A DNA stretch of 64,000 bases, from assembly GCA_002633005.1 (NCBI GenBank), contig NMRA01000299.1, positions 62,001 through 126,000 on the forward strand, in the 5' to 3' direction. Positions 60,101 through 64,000 of this stretch are shown here, piece by piece (the first letter of the stretch is position 1; each line of letters opens with the position of its first letter). The position numbers were made by a program, and so were the translations under genes. The notes beneath the pieces were generated by a model. The model saw only the letters and a list, made by a program, of their open reading frames with translations. It was not told the origin of the DNA and searched no databases. This DNA is from Phoronis australis (taxonomy: Eukaryota; Animalia; Phoronida).

Positions 60101-60625
60101 CGGAATCAGACACTCTTGATTGTTGATACGGTTGATAGCATCGAGGGTGTCTGCAAGGTAGTTCATGCTCCCCGTGCGGTCTTTTCCGTAGCCGATGGTG
60201 TCAATATGTTCAGGATCGAGGAGAAATGCGCGATCACCAAGCACAGCACAGTCAAACATTTCTGTTTGTCCCATCTCCTTGAGGCTTACAGCCAGCTTAG
60301 TTTTCTTATCCATCCCATAAATTGTCAGCAAAGGCGAAAGAATCTTGCACAAATAGTTGGAAAGGCCCAGGACTTTGACAGAGTCCGCACCTTTTTTGAG
60401 TTTCACGTTCCCAACTAAAATGTTAAGCAACATGTTATGTAATGCTACGTCTGGGTTTGTCACGGGTTCAACGTTCATTAGCGTCTTGGTAGAGTGACGT
60501 TGGCCACAACTAGTGCATTCTATGCTGGAGTCTTGACTTGGGAAGAACAGCTTGGCTCGACAGTGGGAGTCTGGGCACAGTCCCGAAAGCACTTTGTAAC
60601 CACTTTCACCACTGGAGGCAGCCAT
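6119..60625 (-). CDS. VCPIP1: Deubiquitinating protein VCPIP1/VCIP135 (OTU family), full 18-exon coding span, ~1162 aa
   Basis: The spliced translation follows vertebrate VCPIP1 collinearly: LSGLCPDSHC Zn motif, OTU Cys box DGDGHCLVHAVSRAL, His box WSNSGRNHY, CGFKHFWDG, KHFPGEFGSE, UBX-like YGFPLKEL..LQHGDR, DGKHCTLPSLPGK, C-terminal MDT*. Exon lengths sum to 3489 nt with matching phases. Confidence 0.96.
6486..7540. other. 527-bp tandem duplication around a single N (7013); likely contig-overlap artefact
   Basis: 6486-7012 and 7014-7540 are near-identical with a few SNPs and are joined by N. Confidence 0.85.
7848..7963 (-). CDS. VCPIP1: VCPIP1 coding exon 17
   Basis: tttcag|YSVVKPVATSKTNRQMHVFDQLAKTFEKTISEEDSQDE|gtgggt; 116 nt, phase 1-0. 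Confidence 0.8.
8028..10800 (+). mobile_element. Two head-to-tail Helentron/HINE-like non-autonomous elements with ~150-bp internal tandem repeats
   Basis: Shared head AACAAGAGCAACGC..GAAATGCGCCC (8028; variant at ~9107), subterminal inverted motif GTGGGCGCAT (~9097), repeated GCCACTAG.GGCRC units. Confidence 0.7.
11697..11888 (-). CDS. VCPIP1: VCPIP1 coding exon 16
   Basis: tttaag|HTLSGNKEN...DTYERVGP-G|gtatac; 192 nt; completes the AFxGxGHxL motif and the RIAPG-like motif. Confidence 0.87.
13036..13246 (-). CDS. VCPIP1: VCPIP1 coding exon 15
   Basis: atccag|VFRYNGAEDRLELCLEPAGHFPVEPGVE...AFTGQ-G|gtaggt; 211 nt. Confidence 0.93.
14546..14736 (-). CDS. VCPIP1: VCPIP1 coding exon 14
   Basis: tttcag|GNSLDMSIASLSLLATLNGRDLWSY...GGLFY...LSDGKHCTLPSLPGK|gtaatc; 191 nt. 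Confidence 0.94.
14783..15189. mobile_element. Palindromic MITE (Harbinger-like, CWG ends)
   Basis: CAGGGCCCGGTCTCCAATCTTTTTACTCGAAA... versus ...TTTCGAGTACAAAGATTAGAGACCGGGCCCTG; complementarity extends for more than 100 bp. Confidence 0.75.
17779..17919 (-). CDS. VCPIP1: VCPIP1 coding exon 13 (poorly conserved linker)
   Basis: tttcag|TTPKMPEKVWPAEKPRQGWTNFQTDIHDQSSEALLQDLNQMHNDFR-T|gtgagt; 141 nt, phase 1-1, bridges exons 12 and 14. Supported mainly by splice sites and frame. Confidence 0.75.
18130..18520 (+). repeat. Dispersed repeat, copy A (other copies 19160-19660 on minus, 36490-36865 on plus)
   Basis: Shared GAATTCAGAAATGCTATTGG...GCTGGCCCTCCAACCATAAATGCCAGAATGG...GGGCTATAGAATC. Confidence 0.8.
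19160..19660 (-). repeat. Dispersed repeat, copy B (inverted)
   Basis: Reverse complement of copies A and C. Confidence 0.8.
19733..19760. repeat. (AC)n microsatellite
   Basis: About 14 AC units. Confidence 0.9.
20843..21065 (-). CDS. VCPIP1: VCPIP1 coding exon 12 (UBX-like domain)
   Basis: ttttag|VMLSLEPDVTFSALQERI...KIKYGFPLKELMPP...LQHGDRVVVE...SSY-A|gtaagt; 223 nt. Confidence 0.93.
22738..22851 (-). CDS. VCPIP1: VCPIP1 coding exon 11
   Basis: ttttag|ASPSNPDASAATAAVSPKEPTVATFVRKVKVTTSGGKQ|gtattt; 114 nt; resembles vertebrate KIRITTNDGRQ. Confidence 0.9.
22913..23458. mobile_element. MITE with AT TSD (ISL2EU-like)
   Basis: Perfect TIR GGGGCTATTCGAC / GTCGAATAGCCCC flanked by AT on both sides. 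Confidence 0.7.
23750..27130 (+). mobile_element. Nested cluster of HINE-like elements (same family)
   Basis: Heads at ~23917 and ~24122; 3' ends with (GGAC)n microsatellite plus CCACA..TGTG/GG hairpin at ~25826, ~26910 and ~27128. Confidence 0.75.
28233..28285. repeat. 20-bp tandem repeat, ~2.6 copies
   Basis: AAAATCTGCAAATTTACTGA repeated. Confidence 0.8.
28367..28525 (-). CDS. VCPIP1: VCPIP1 coding exon 10
   Basis: ttgtag|RTTIHKEELTASNVEKDVHSKIVNHAASQQRKQSDKLRRLNETTTSPPSVRPK|gtagtt; 159 nt. Confidence 0.9.
29863..30056 (-). CDS. VCPIP1: VCPIP1 coding exon 9
   Basis: attcag|EFGSELLVQKVVDTIIRQTAK...SKVILTGPK|gtaaat; 194 nt. Confidence 0.93.
30072..30104. repeat. (TAT)n microsatellite
   Basis: About 11 TAT units. 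Confidence 0.9.
30480..30920 (+). pseudogene. Decayed Ty3/gypsy reverse transcriptase fragment
   Basis: Frameshifted LKLDLSVEPKV..QVRDELDNL..GIL.TEPIAWV..DGRLWIGIDLQVLNNAVQRQH..KLSEARIFNTL; parallels the RT N-terminus of the intact element. Confidence 0.75.
31860..32280. repeat. Terminal fragment of the same mariner-like family, inverted relative to the 49670 copy
   Basis: ...CCCTGGGCGGTAACGCGGACGAGTACGG|TA; long complementarity to 49670-50030. Confidence 0.65.
32343..32476 (-). CDS. VCPIP1: VCPIP1 coding exon 8
   Basis: tttcag|IPLSLDWDGQVIQESVAWFYGESDPSLNSNVYQVANKVVQKHFP-G|gtgagt; 134 nt. Confidence 0.95.
33362..33505 (-). CDS. VCPIP1: VCPIP1 coding exon 7
   Basis: ttgtag|AKMRLLNADGSVNYINGDKTTTRTSSTRCQCGFKHFWDGIEYDNVPE|gtgagt; 144 nt. 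Confidence 0.95.
33790..33965 (+). pseudogene. THAP zinc-finger remnant (transposase N-terminus)
   Basis: MVRCIISACVN...SFFRFP...KWL...HVC, then HF after a frameshift; good Kozak context GCCACTATGG. Confidence 0.8.
34090..34314 (-). pseudogene. KolX / P2X7-ballast-like Cys-rich protein remnant
   Basis: WCQ*AYCTIMETTDACICCHKI...CLMDYPDFALHLNRCLL fits the WCxCxxCxxMxT..CC...HPxF..LN motif, with a stop in place of a Cys. Confidence 0.7.
36490..36865 (+). repeat. Dispersed repeat, copy C
   Basis: Closely similar to copy A over ~250 bp. Confidence 0.8.
36993..37080 (-). CDS. VCPIP1: VCPIP1 coding exon 6
   Basis: caacag|IVCGYDATSDQLVPDMEMSKLSRCGWCQ-GG|gtaagt; 88 nt. Confidence 0.93.
37321..37394 (+). 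repeat. 5' LTR (74 bp)
   Basis: TGTAGTATTATAG...TTGTTCCTACA, identical to 41871-41944. Confidence 0.95.
37395..37409 (+). promoter_or_regulatory. Primer-binding site, probably tRNA-Leu
   Basis: TGGTGGCAACGGCGG directly after the 5' LTR; 13/15 match to the complement of the tRNA-Leu 3' end as I recall it (TGGTGGCAGCGGTGG). Confidence 0.75.
37831..41766 (+). CDS. Gag-Pol polyprotein (Gag, PR, RT, RNase H, IN), 1311 aa
   Basis: Zn knuckles CKWCGSTKPHARKEC and CNNCGKIGHWSKAC; protease LDSGAD; RT LPFG...HMDD; RNase H DASQYG/EKEALA/TDHKPL; integrase HxxH..CxxC, GTDLF, SDNGPQY, GEAER. Domain order is the gypsy order. Confidence 0.97.
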   Translation: MATYQIPAPTPMSVQGNVAENWREFETAWIDYMTATELDTKMVKADGTPDLKGVSIVAATLCSVMGQECKRVLCNLPNVSEEDRRNPQKIIDALKAYFVPQKNVLYERFVFNQAVQKTGETIDVFVLRLRKLADSCEFGELKDSLIRDRIVVGTNDDAGRERLLRERPVPSLAKAIENLRAAEASRTQKQVMSGKSESTVEFVKRHGFKKHNNPQKKQAHKKQQGPPKNQSESCKWCGSTKPHARKECRARDSKCNNCGKIGHWSKACRSKSTAEIDTQEEEDVPVQFLGQIEASKKHWSADISVNGHTTQFKLDSGADITVMGDKNPWLAKTKLEPNTNLTNCRGAGNVTLNDRILGVIPKAKLCCGDRHLEEDVYIMKGQRLNLLSKRACEHFKLLIPSASVYEVDAKPDFRGEFPKLFQGLGCLTTPYEISLQPDANPVCLYTARRVPHPLLPQVEKELESMERQGIISKVTHPTEWCSGMVCIPKSNGRVRICVDLTPLNKAVRREVHPMSSVEDSLSSLSCGKPVIFSKLDANSGFWQIPLHEASKDLTTFISPLGRFRFNRLPFGISSAPEIFQRTMSSILEGLDGTLCHMDDILIYGSTQKEHDERVRSVLQRLQAAGLTLNNKCEFSTSKIKFLGHLISSDGIMADPEKTQAVRDFPVPTNVTELQRFNGMVNQLAKFLPNLVKLNEPLRQLLRKDQAFQWDEPQQRSFQQVKEALVSTVTLAHYDPSRETIVAADASQYGIGAVLLQIDSGGNRRPVCFASRSLNDTEKRYAVIEKEALAATWACEKFSTFILGLKFTLETDHKPLVPLLSSTDLSKMPPRVLRFRLRLMKFSPTINHVPGKNHLIADALSRAPVDKPSVPDEIFLDEVEDQAEYTVKYLPATQGRLNQIKEAQRSDATCGEVIKYCQNGWPAFSADTLLKPYYEKKQHLTIIDGLLMYNDRIVIPQSMQLEVLNQIHQGHLGITKCRARAMESVWWPRISTQIEAMCKQCLTCAFHRPETKEPLLPSSFPSRPWERIGTDLFELNKQHYVLVVDYFSRWIEVRRLSQTTAQHTIEALKSIFSTHGIPDIVISDNGPQYACESFDMFAKDYGFVHVTSSPLYPQCNGEAERAVQTAKNILKKNTDPHLGFLAYRSTPIHNGKSPSQLLMSRRLRTTLPIMPKALLHNSIDDQSVRAKETLLNSKNKANFDHRHRTMSLPVLGVGDQVWVRDQDKHGEVKESSTNPRSYLVVTESGATIRRNRSALIHTGNMKSASPENFTPKETTPKPFSNPASNPPTADTPQTQQLRRSQRVIKPVDRLNL
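41862..41870 (+). promoter_or_regulatory. Polypurine tract
   Basis: GGGAGGAGA immediately before the 3' LTR. Confidence 0.85.
41871..41944 (+). repeat. 3' LTR (74 bp)
   Basis: Identical to the 5' LTR; preceded by a purine tract. Confidence 0.95.
42088..42230 (+). repeat. Truncated 5' end of the HINE-like family
   Basis: AACAAGAGAAACCCGAAGCGTTGAAATGCGCCCACGAATGCACC...GCCACTAGATGGCGC. Confidence 0.65.
42319..44921. mobile_element. Non-autonomous DNA transposon with ~330-bp imperfect TIRs (Academ-like TAG...CTA ends)
   Basis: TAGATCGCCATTTTTGG... versus ...CCAAAAATGGCTATCTA; 42319-42650 is the reverse complement of 44185-44307 plus 44741-44921; no clear TSD. Confidence 0.65.
44308..44737. mobile_element. 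Harbinger-like MITE with CTG TSD, nested in the Academ-like right TIR
   Basis: TIRs TGCCCGGTTGCAAGAAACAGTCCC and GGGACTGTTTCATGCAACCCGGCA; CTG on both sides; removing it restores the match to the host's left TIR. Confidence 0.8.
45816..46025 (-). CDS. VCPIP1: VCPIP1 coding exon 5
   Basis: tcatag|VIGTCPEDV...LYRCLTCEA...GGMLYQLALTTHGELMPGKKYSFPLH-G|gtaagt; 210 nt. Confidence 0.94.
46839..47850 (+). mobile_element. Older, related HINE-like element with ~160-bp internal repeats
   Basis: Head AACAAGAGCATC; repeated AAATG(G/A)CCA(C/T)TAGGAGG(C/T)GCT...TGTCAAGTTTCATT...GGTTCTCTAGATATC units. Confidence 0.55.
47979..48090 (-). CDS. VCPIP1: VCPIP1 coding exon 4
   Basis: ttccag|DLYIRNLARSMEIKFSEVYEVSPSLIADVHHYVYKST-G|gtatga; 112 nt. 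Confidence 0.93.
48597..49554. mobile_element. Tc1/mariner-like non-autonomous element, TA TSD
   Basis: TA|CCATATTCGCCCTAATAAGTTCCC versus GGGAGCTTATTAGGACAAATACGG|TA (20/24). Confidence 0.7.
50297..50923. other. 313-bp tandem duplication around a single N (50610); likely contig-overlap artefact
   Basis: 50297-50609 and 50611-50923 are near-identical and are joined by N. Confidence 0.85.
51218..52461 (+). mobile_element. Complete HINE-like element inserted in a mariner-like element
   Basis: Head ACAAGAGCAACGCGGAGCGTTGAAATGTGCCCAC, internal repeats, GGACGGACAGAC, hairpin CCACACATAAATATGTGG; interrupts the host element's GGGGTGGGCGGTAAGCCGAGCATG repeats. Confidence 0.75.
53345..53507. repeat. 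~160-bp imperfect palindrome (hairpin MITE)
   Basis: GAATACTACTGCAATATCCTATCTCGAATTCATTTCAT pairs with ATGAAATGAATTCTTGATAGGATATGGCAGTAGTATTC. Confidence 0.75.
53780..53910 (-). CDS. VCPIP1: VCPIP1 coding exon 3
   Basis: tttcag|QPLPTLPNWMISRAWGMPVEAIGSYMDYNDDGSCTVGGSKCLS|gtatga; 131 nt. Confidence 0.93.
55000..55485. mobile_element. PIF/Harbinger-like MITE; partial related copy at ~21650-21850
   Basis: GGCCTTTTCATACTGA versus TCAGTCTGAAAGGCCC, flanked by TAA and TAT; internal TTCATACT repeats. Confidence 0.6.
55909..56037 (-). CDS. VCPIP1: VCPIP1 coding exon 2 (OTU catalytic His)
   Basis: ttctag|GA-VFLPALVPPENCRSKDGTLNKPICLAWSNSGRNHYVALVAVK-G|gtatga; 129 nt. Confidence 0.95.
56982..58724. 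mobile_element. Tc1/mariner-like non-autonomous element (~1.74 kb), TA TSD
   Basis: Perfect 20-bp TIR CCGTAAACGTTCGGGTTAAC, TA on both sides, subterminal GGGCG(G/C)TTAA repeats. Confidence 0.8.
59773..60625 (-). CDS. VCPIP1: VCPIP1 coding exon 1 (N-terminal Zn finger and OTU catalytic Cys)
   Basis: MAASSGESGYKVLSGLCPD...SSGDYS-G. An acceptor tttcag just upstream means the exon starts at 60639 and implies a non-coding exon further upstream. Donor G|gtttgt. Confidence 0.96.
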
Positions 60626-62834
60626 TATTACCAAAGACACTGAAAGCAATACATTTAAGTGCATAAGAGGGTTGCACATGATCAAACAACGACCACCCTG
60701 TGCATTACTTAGCCTCAGATAAAGGGATGATCATTATTTTAAACATTCTTACTAGATAGACCAGAACAAAAAATAGCCTCTATGGATTGAAAAGTGAGTT
60801 AAGTCTAAAATTAAATTCCATGAACATCGGATTCTGTCAATCGGTCGAGTAAATACCAAAATGGGTGGCAAAAAGTTGTATTTGCCACTACAATTTGCAG
60901 CATTAATGGTATTTGTTAGGGGGTGCCATCATATTTGCAACAGAAACATAAAATCACAAACATTTTTAAGTTTTGTCACACCATGCGTGCTGACCAAACG
61001 TTATAACCTAGAAAATAAATCTGAAACACAACGAGGTGATCCAGATCCTTTGAAGGATCCTATTGTTTGACGAAATATTGAATATATATATATGTAAATA
61101 AAACAACAGCTGATCCATGAACCAGACTTAAAAATGTTTGTGATAAACTAGTACATTTCTACTCCAGTTTAAGAATTTAAGATTTACATATGTAAGTAAA
61201 AACATAAAATGGCACAATACTCATAGATAGGAATCCATTTCCAACAGGAATAAGAACAAAAAGTCATCCATCAGCACCACAATAATAGGTTTCAAAGTTT
61301 ATTTGTTTTGGTCAAACATAAAATTGCATAAATGCCATGACATTACTTGTAACTGGAGTAGATAGGGAGTCCCATCACAATAAGAAGGAATATTATGAGA
61401 CTCAAGTGTTCTCAACGACCGCTTTTAAGGTGTCGTAGCAACCTATTTGGCCACACTCGTGACCTGTTGAAAAATCTTGCGACTGGTCTAAAAAATTAGC
61501 GACCAGTTTGTAAAAAAGGTGTCCTCATTATTAATAAGGTCTTCATTGGTTCAAATTACACTTGACAGCAACTGGCCAAGCCCATTGAAACTGAATAAAG
61601 GCCAAGTGGTCAGTTGTCAAAAAGCCTAATCAGCTATCTCAACCAAGCCGTGGACCAGAGCCATGGTCTATTTATGGTGTAATGCAGCTGGTAAATCATC
61701 TGGAATCATCTTTTCAATTCCCCTGGAACAACTAGTCATAGTCCATTGAATTTAAACAAAGGCTCAGTGCCACTTATATGACCAATCCACTACCTGCTCA
61801 CTGGAGGTGAAGTCCCACACAAAAGTCGCTGATCATCAGGCCTCATCGCTTTTGTAGTCACCTTTGGTGTTCAGCTGGCAACTAACTCATTGAAAGTATC
61901 ATAGGCTCTTAGTTCTGTGAAGACGAACTAGTCATCAAAGACACCATTGCACAAAAAACGGCTGTGCATTGGAGTCCAGAATTTCATTTTTGTAGCACTT
62001 TTTAAATATTCAGTGGACCCCGCGACACTGGTCGGACTCACCAACAGCAGTGTTAGACATCTCAACAAACCTTTGCATGGAAACACTTTTGATGACTCTT
62101 ATTTGTTGTTGTTAGTGCATTTCTCACTTAGACAAATATTATTGCTTATTTTTGGTGCATTTCTCAATGTCACCAGTCAATCAAGATTGAGATCATCTCC
62201 ATTGCATTATAAGGAGTTTTGTTGGCAGCATCAGCATTCCATCTGAGGTGCATACCTCCTCTGAAAACCTGCCAAGCCATTCGCAACTCTACTTAGGTAG
62301 CGGGAGTGCGCGATGTTCGAGGTTTCGGGGGAGTAATTCCGGGACTTGGGACAGCTAGTGATGTCACTGGGTAAAGTTCAACAATGTCTTGTGGCGAAAA
62401 AATCTAGCCAAAATCACCTGATCTCACGGAAAACACCCGGTAATATCTCGCGTAATCTCGCAGTCTTGTAAACCTAGCATGGTCCTTACGTTATTGAACT
62501 CTACCCTGGTTTTCGTTACCGATTAACATGCACATTCTGCATACTTAGTAATGTCATCTGTCACAGAAAGGAATGGAAAGATTGCTTAAGGATTATTTTA
62601 CAAACCGAGACTCCGCACTCGGCATAACGAACTGCAGGTTGCACTGGCGACCTGAAATTTGGAAATGCGAGCCGAGATTATAGACGTCTGGTACCTGCCA
62701 CCGAGAAATTCCAACCTACGCGAGCCGTTTTTTGGGGGGTAAAATAGATAGGCCTACCTGGCAAACATAGAGCAACTCGAAAAACACTTTATTTTACAAG
62801 CAATATGTACAGATTATCCTATTATAATATCACC

Positions 62835-64000
62835 TACGGCAATATTGCACTGTGGCACTGGTCGGTCCCACTGTTTGCGCACAATACGCCGTCACTAGAC
62901 TTGGAAATGCCGTCAAGTAATTTAGCAGCCTCTTTCAATATGGGTCTTGTTTTATGTGAAAAAAGACAATGGTTGGATTCAGCACGCGCGTACGTATGAG
63001 TCACCTGTCAATCACATATGTTGTTGTCAAGATAACATGCACTCCAGAGTGTGGGAAGTTACACACGTGCAGCACTTCAGAGATCGCACATCAAAAGAGA
63101 ACAGCGACAGCCCTACGTTAAGGAGTACACCAGCGCGACTTTGTATTTTTAATCTATTGTTACAAAAAACCCAGTGTTTTACGATATTCCTCCATTCCAA
63201 TGACCCAAAACTACGATGTCAAGTCTGTTCCAATATTTCCTGGTTCGATGATCCCTGGACCCGATGTTCCATGCCCATAGCTAGCTGCGTGCACGTCATT
63301 ACCACTGCCGCCAATTTTCAATCAGTTACGTCGTAGATGTCTCAGACTTGAATGGTAAGAATTTTGTTCAGGTTGAAACTGCCCAATGTAGAAACAAAAC
63401 TATTCGGGAAGCTAAAAGGCTAGGTGGATACGATAATTCACAGTTACGCCTGTCGCAAGAAATCGTACTATAAAGAACCGCCAGCGACTTTGGCGGAATT
63501 TGCTAACGCCAACTTGTCTTAGATGCAATGAGTGAAAAACAAAATTTGACTTACAGTTTTTTATTTCTTCAAGACGATACACAAACATCCAGTAACGTAT
63601 TGCCAGCCTTTGAATTCAGAAATCGAGAGACAGCAAATCGGTCAGTGAGGTACACTGTCCGTTCGGTCGCTACACATCCTCAATAACCTGGCAATTACAC
63701 TCATCAAAATAGGGAGAATTTGACATCTTTCCGTGAGTTATGGAAATTCTTCAAAATACCTGAGCTTCCTATCAAAAGCGAATTTGGCAAAACCACTGTC
63801 ACATTTCTCTGGCCCGATTTTTTTATGTAGTGCACTTCAGACAGAAACTCAGCGCACCGCGTCGCTAAAAGTAGAGGCATTGAAGCCGCCGGGGTTCTTA
63901 AACTTTTTGAACATGGGAAGAAAATAAAGTGACAAAACGTTCAAGAATTATATTCTGAAGTAAATCCGTGACCCGAGACAAGAATTCAATACTTGTACTA
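62835..64000 (+). repeat. Second copy of the internal region of the 56982 element, with an extra ~630-bp segment
   Basis: 62838-63150 aligns to 57884-58205 and 63790-64000 aligns to 58200-58430. Confidence 0.7.

Noticed and set aside
59963-60418. 151-aa plus-strand ORF
   Set aside because: Antisense shadow of VCPIP1 exon 1 with no recognisable motifs.
60626-60685. Upstream start of the 306-aa ORF, apparently giving a hydrophobic leader
   Set aside because: A splice acceptor at 60640-60641 makes most of this intronic, and homology starts just after the ATG at 60625.
61400-62750. Possible decayed hAT-like transposon or the VCPIP1 promoter/first exon
   Set aside because: I could not identify paired TIRs, a convincing transposase motif or a clear first exon.

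Overview
Eukaryotic (metazoan, probably invertebrate or lophotrochozoan-like; AT-rich) genomic DNA. Almost the whole window is one minus-strand gene, a VCPIP1/VCIP135 OTU deubiquitinase orthologue. I reconstructed it by hand as 18 coding exons (ATG 60625 to TGA 6119; 3489 nt, 1162 aa; all GT-AG introns with consistent phases). Its introns hold several kinds of mobile element: an intact, young Mag-type Ty3/gypsy retrotransposon with identical 74-bp LTRs; a Kolobok derivative keeping THAP and KolX remnants; nested Helentron/HINE-like elements whose ~150-bp internal repeats each carry a CTCF-consensus-like motif; and Academ-, Harbinger-, ISL2EU- and Tc1/mariner-like non-autonomous elements. Two tandem duplications centred on single N bases are probably assembly artefacts. 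Most short ORFs in the track are non-coding noise. All coordinates were read by eye and family names rest on terminal motifs, not database searches.
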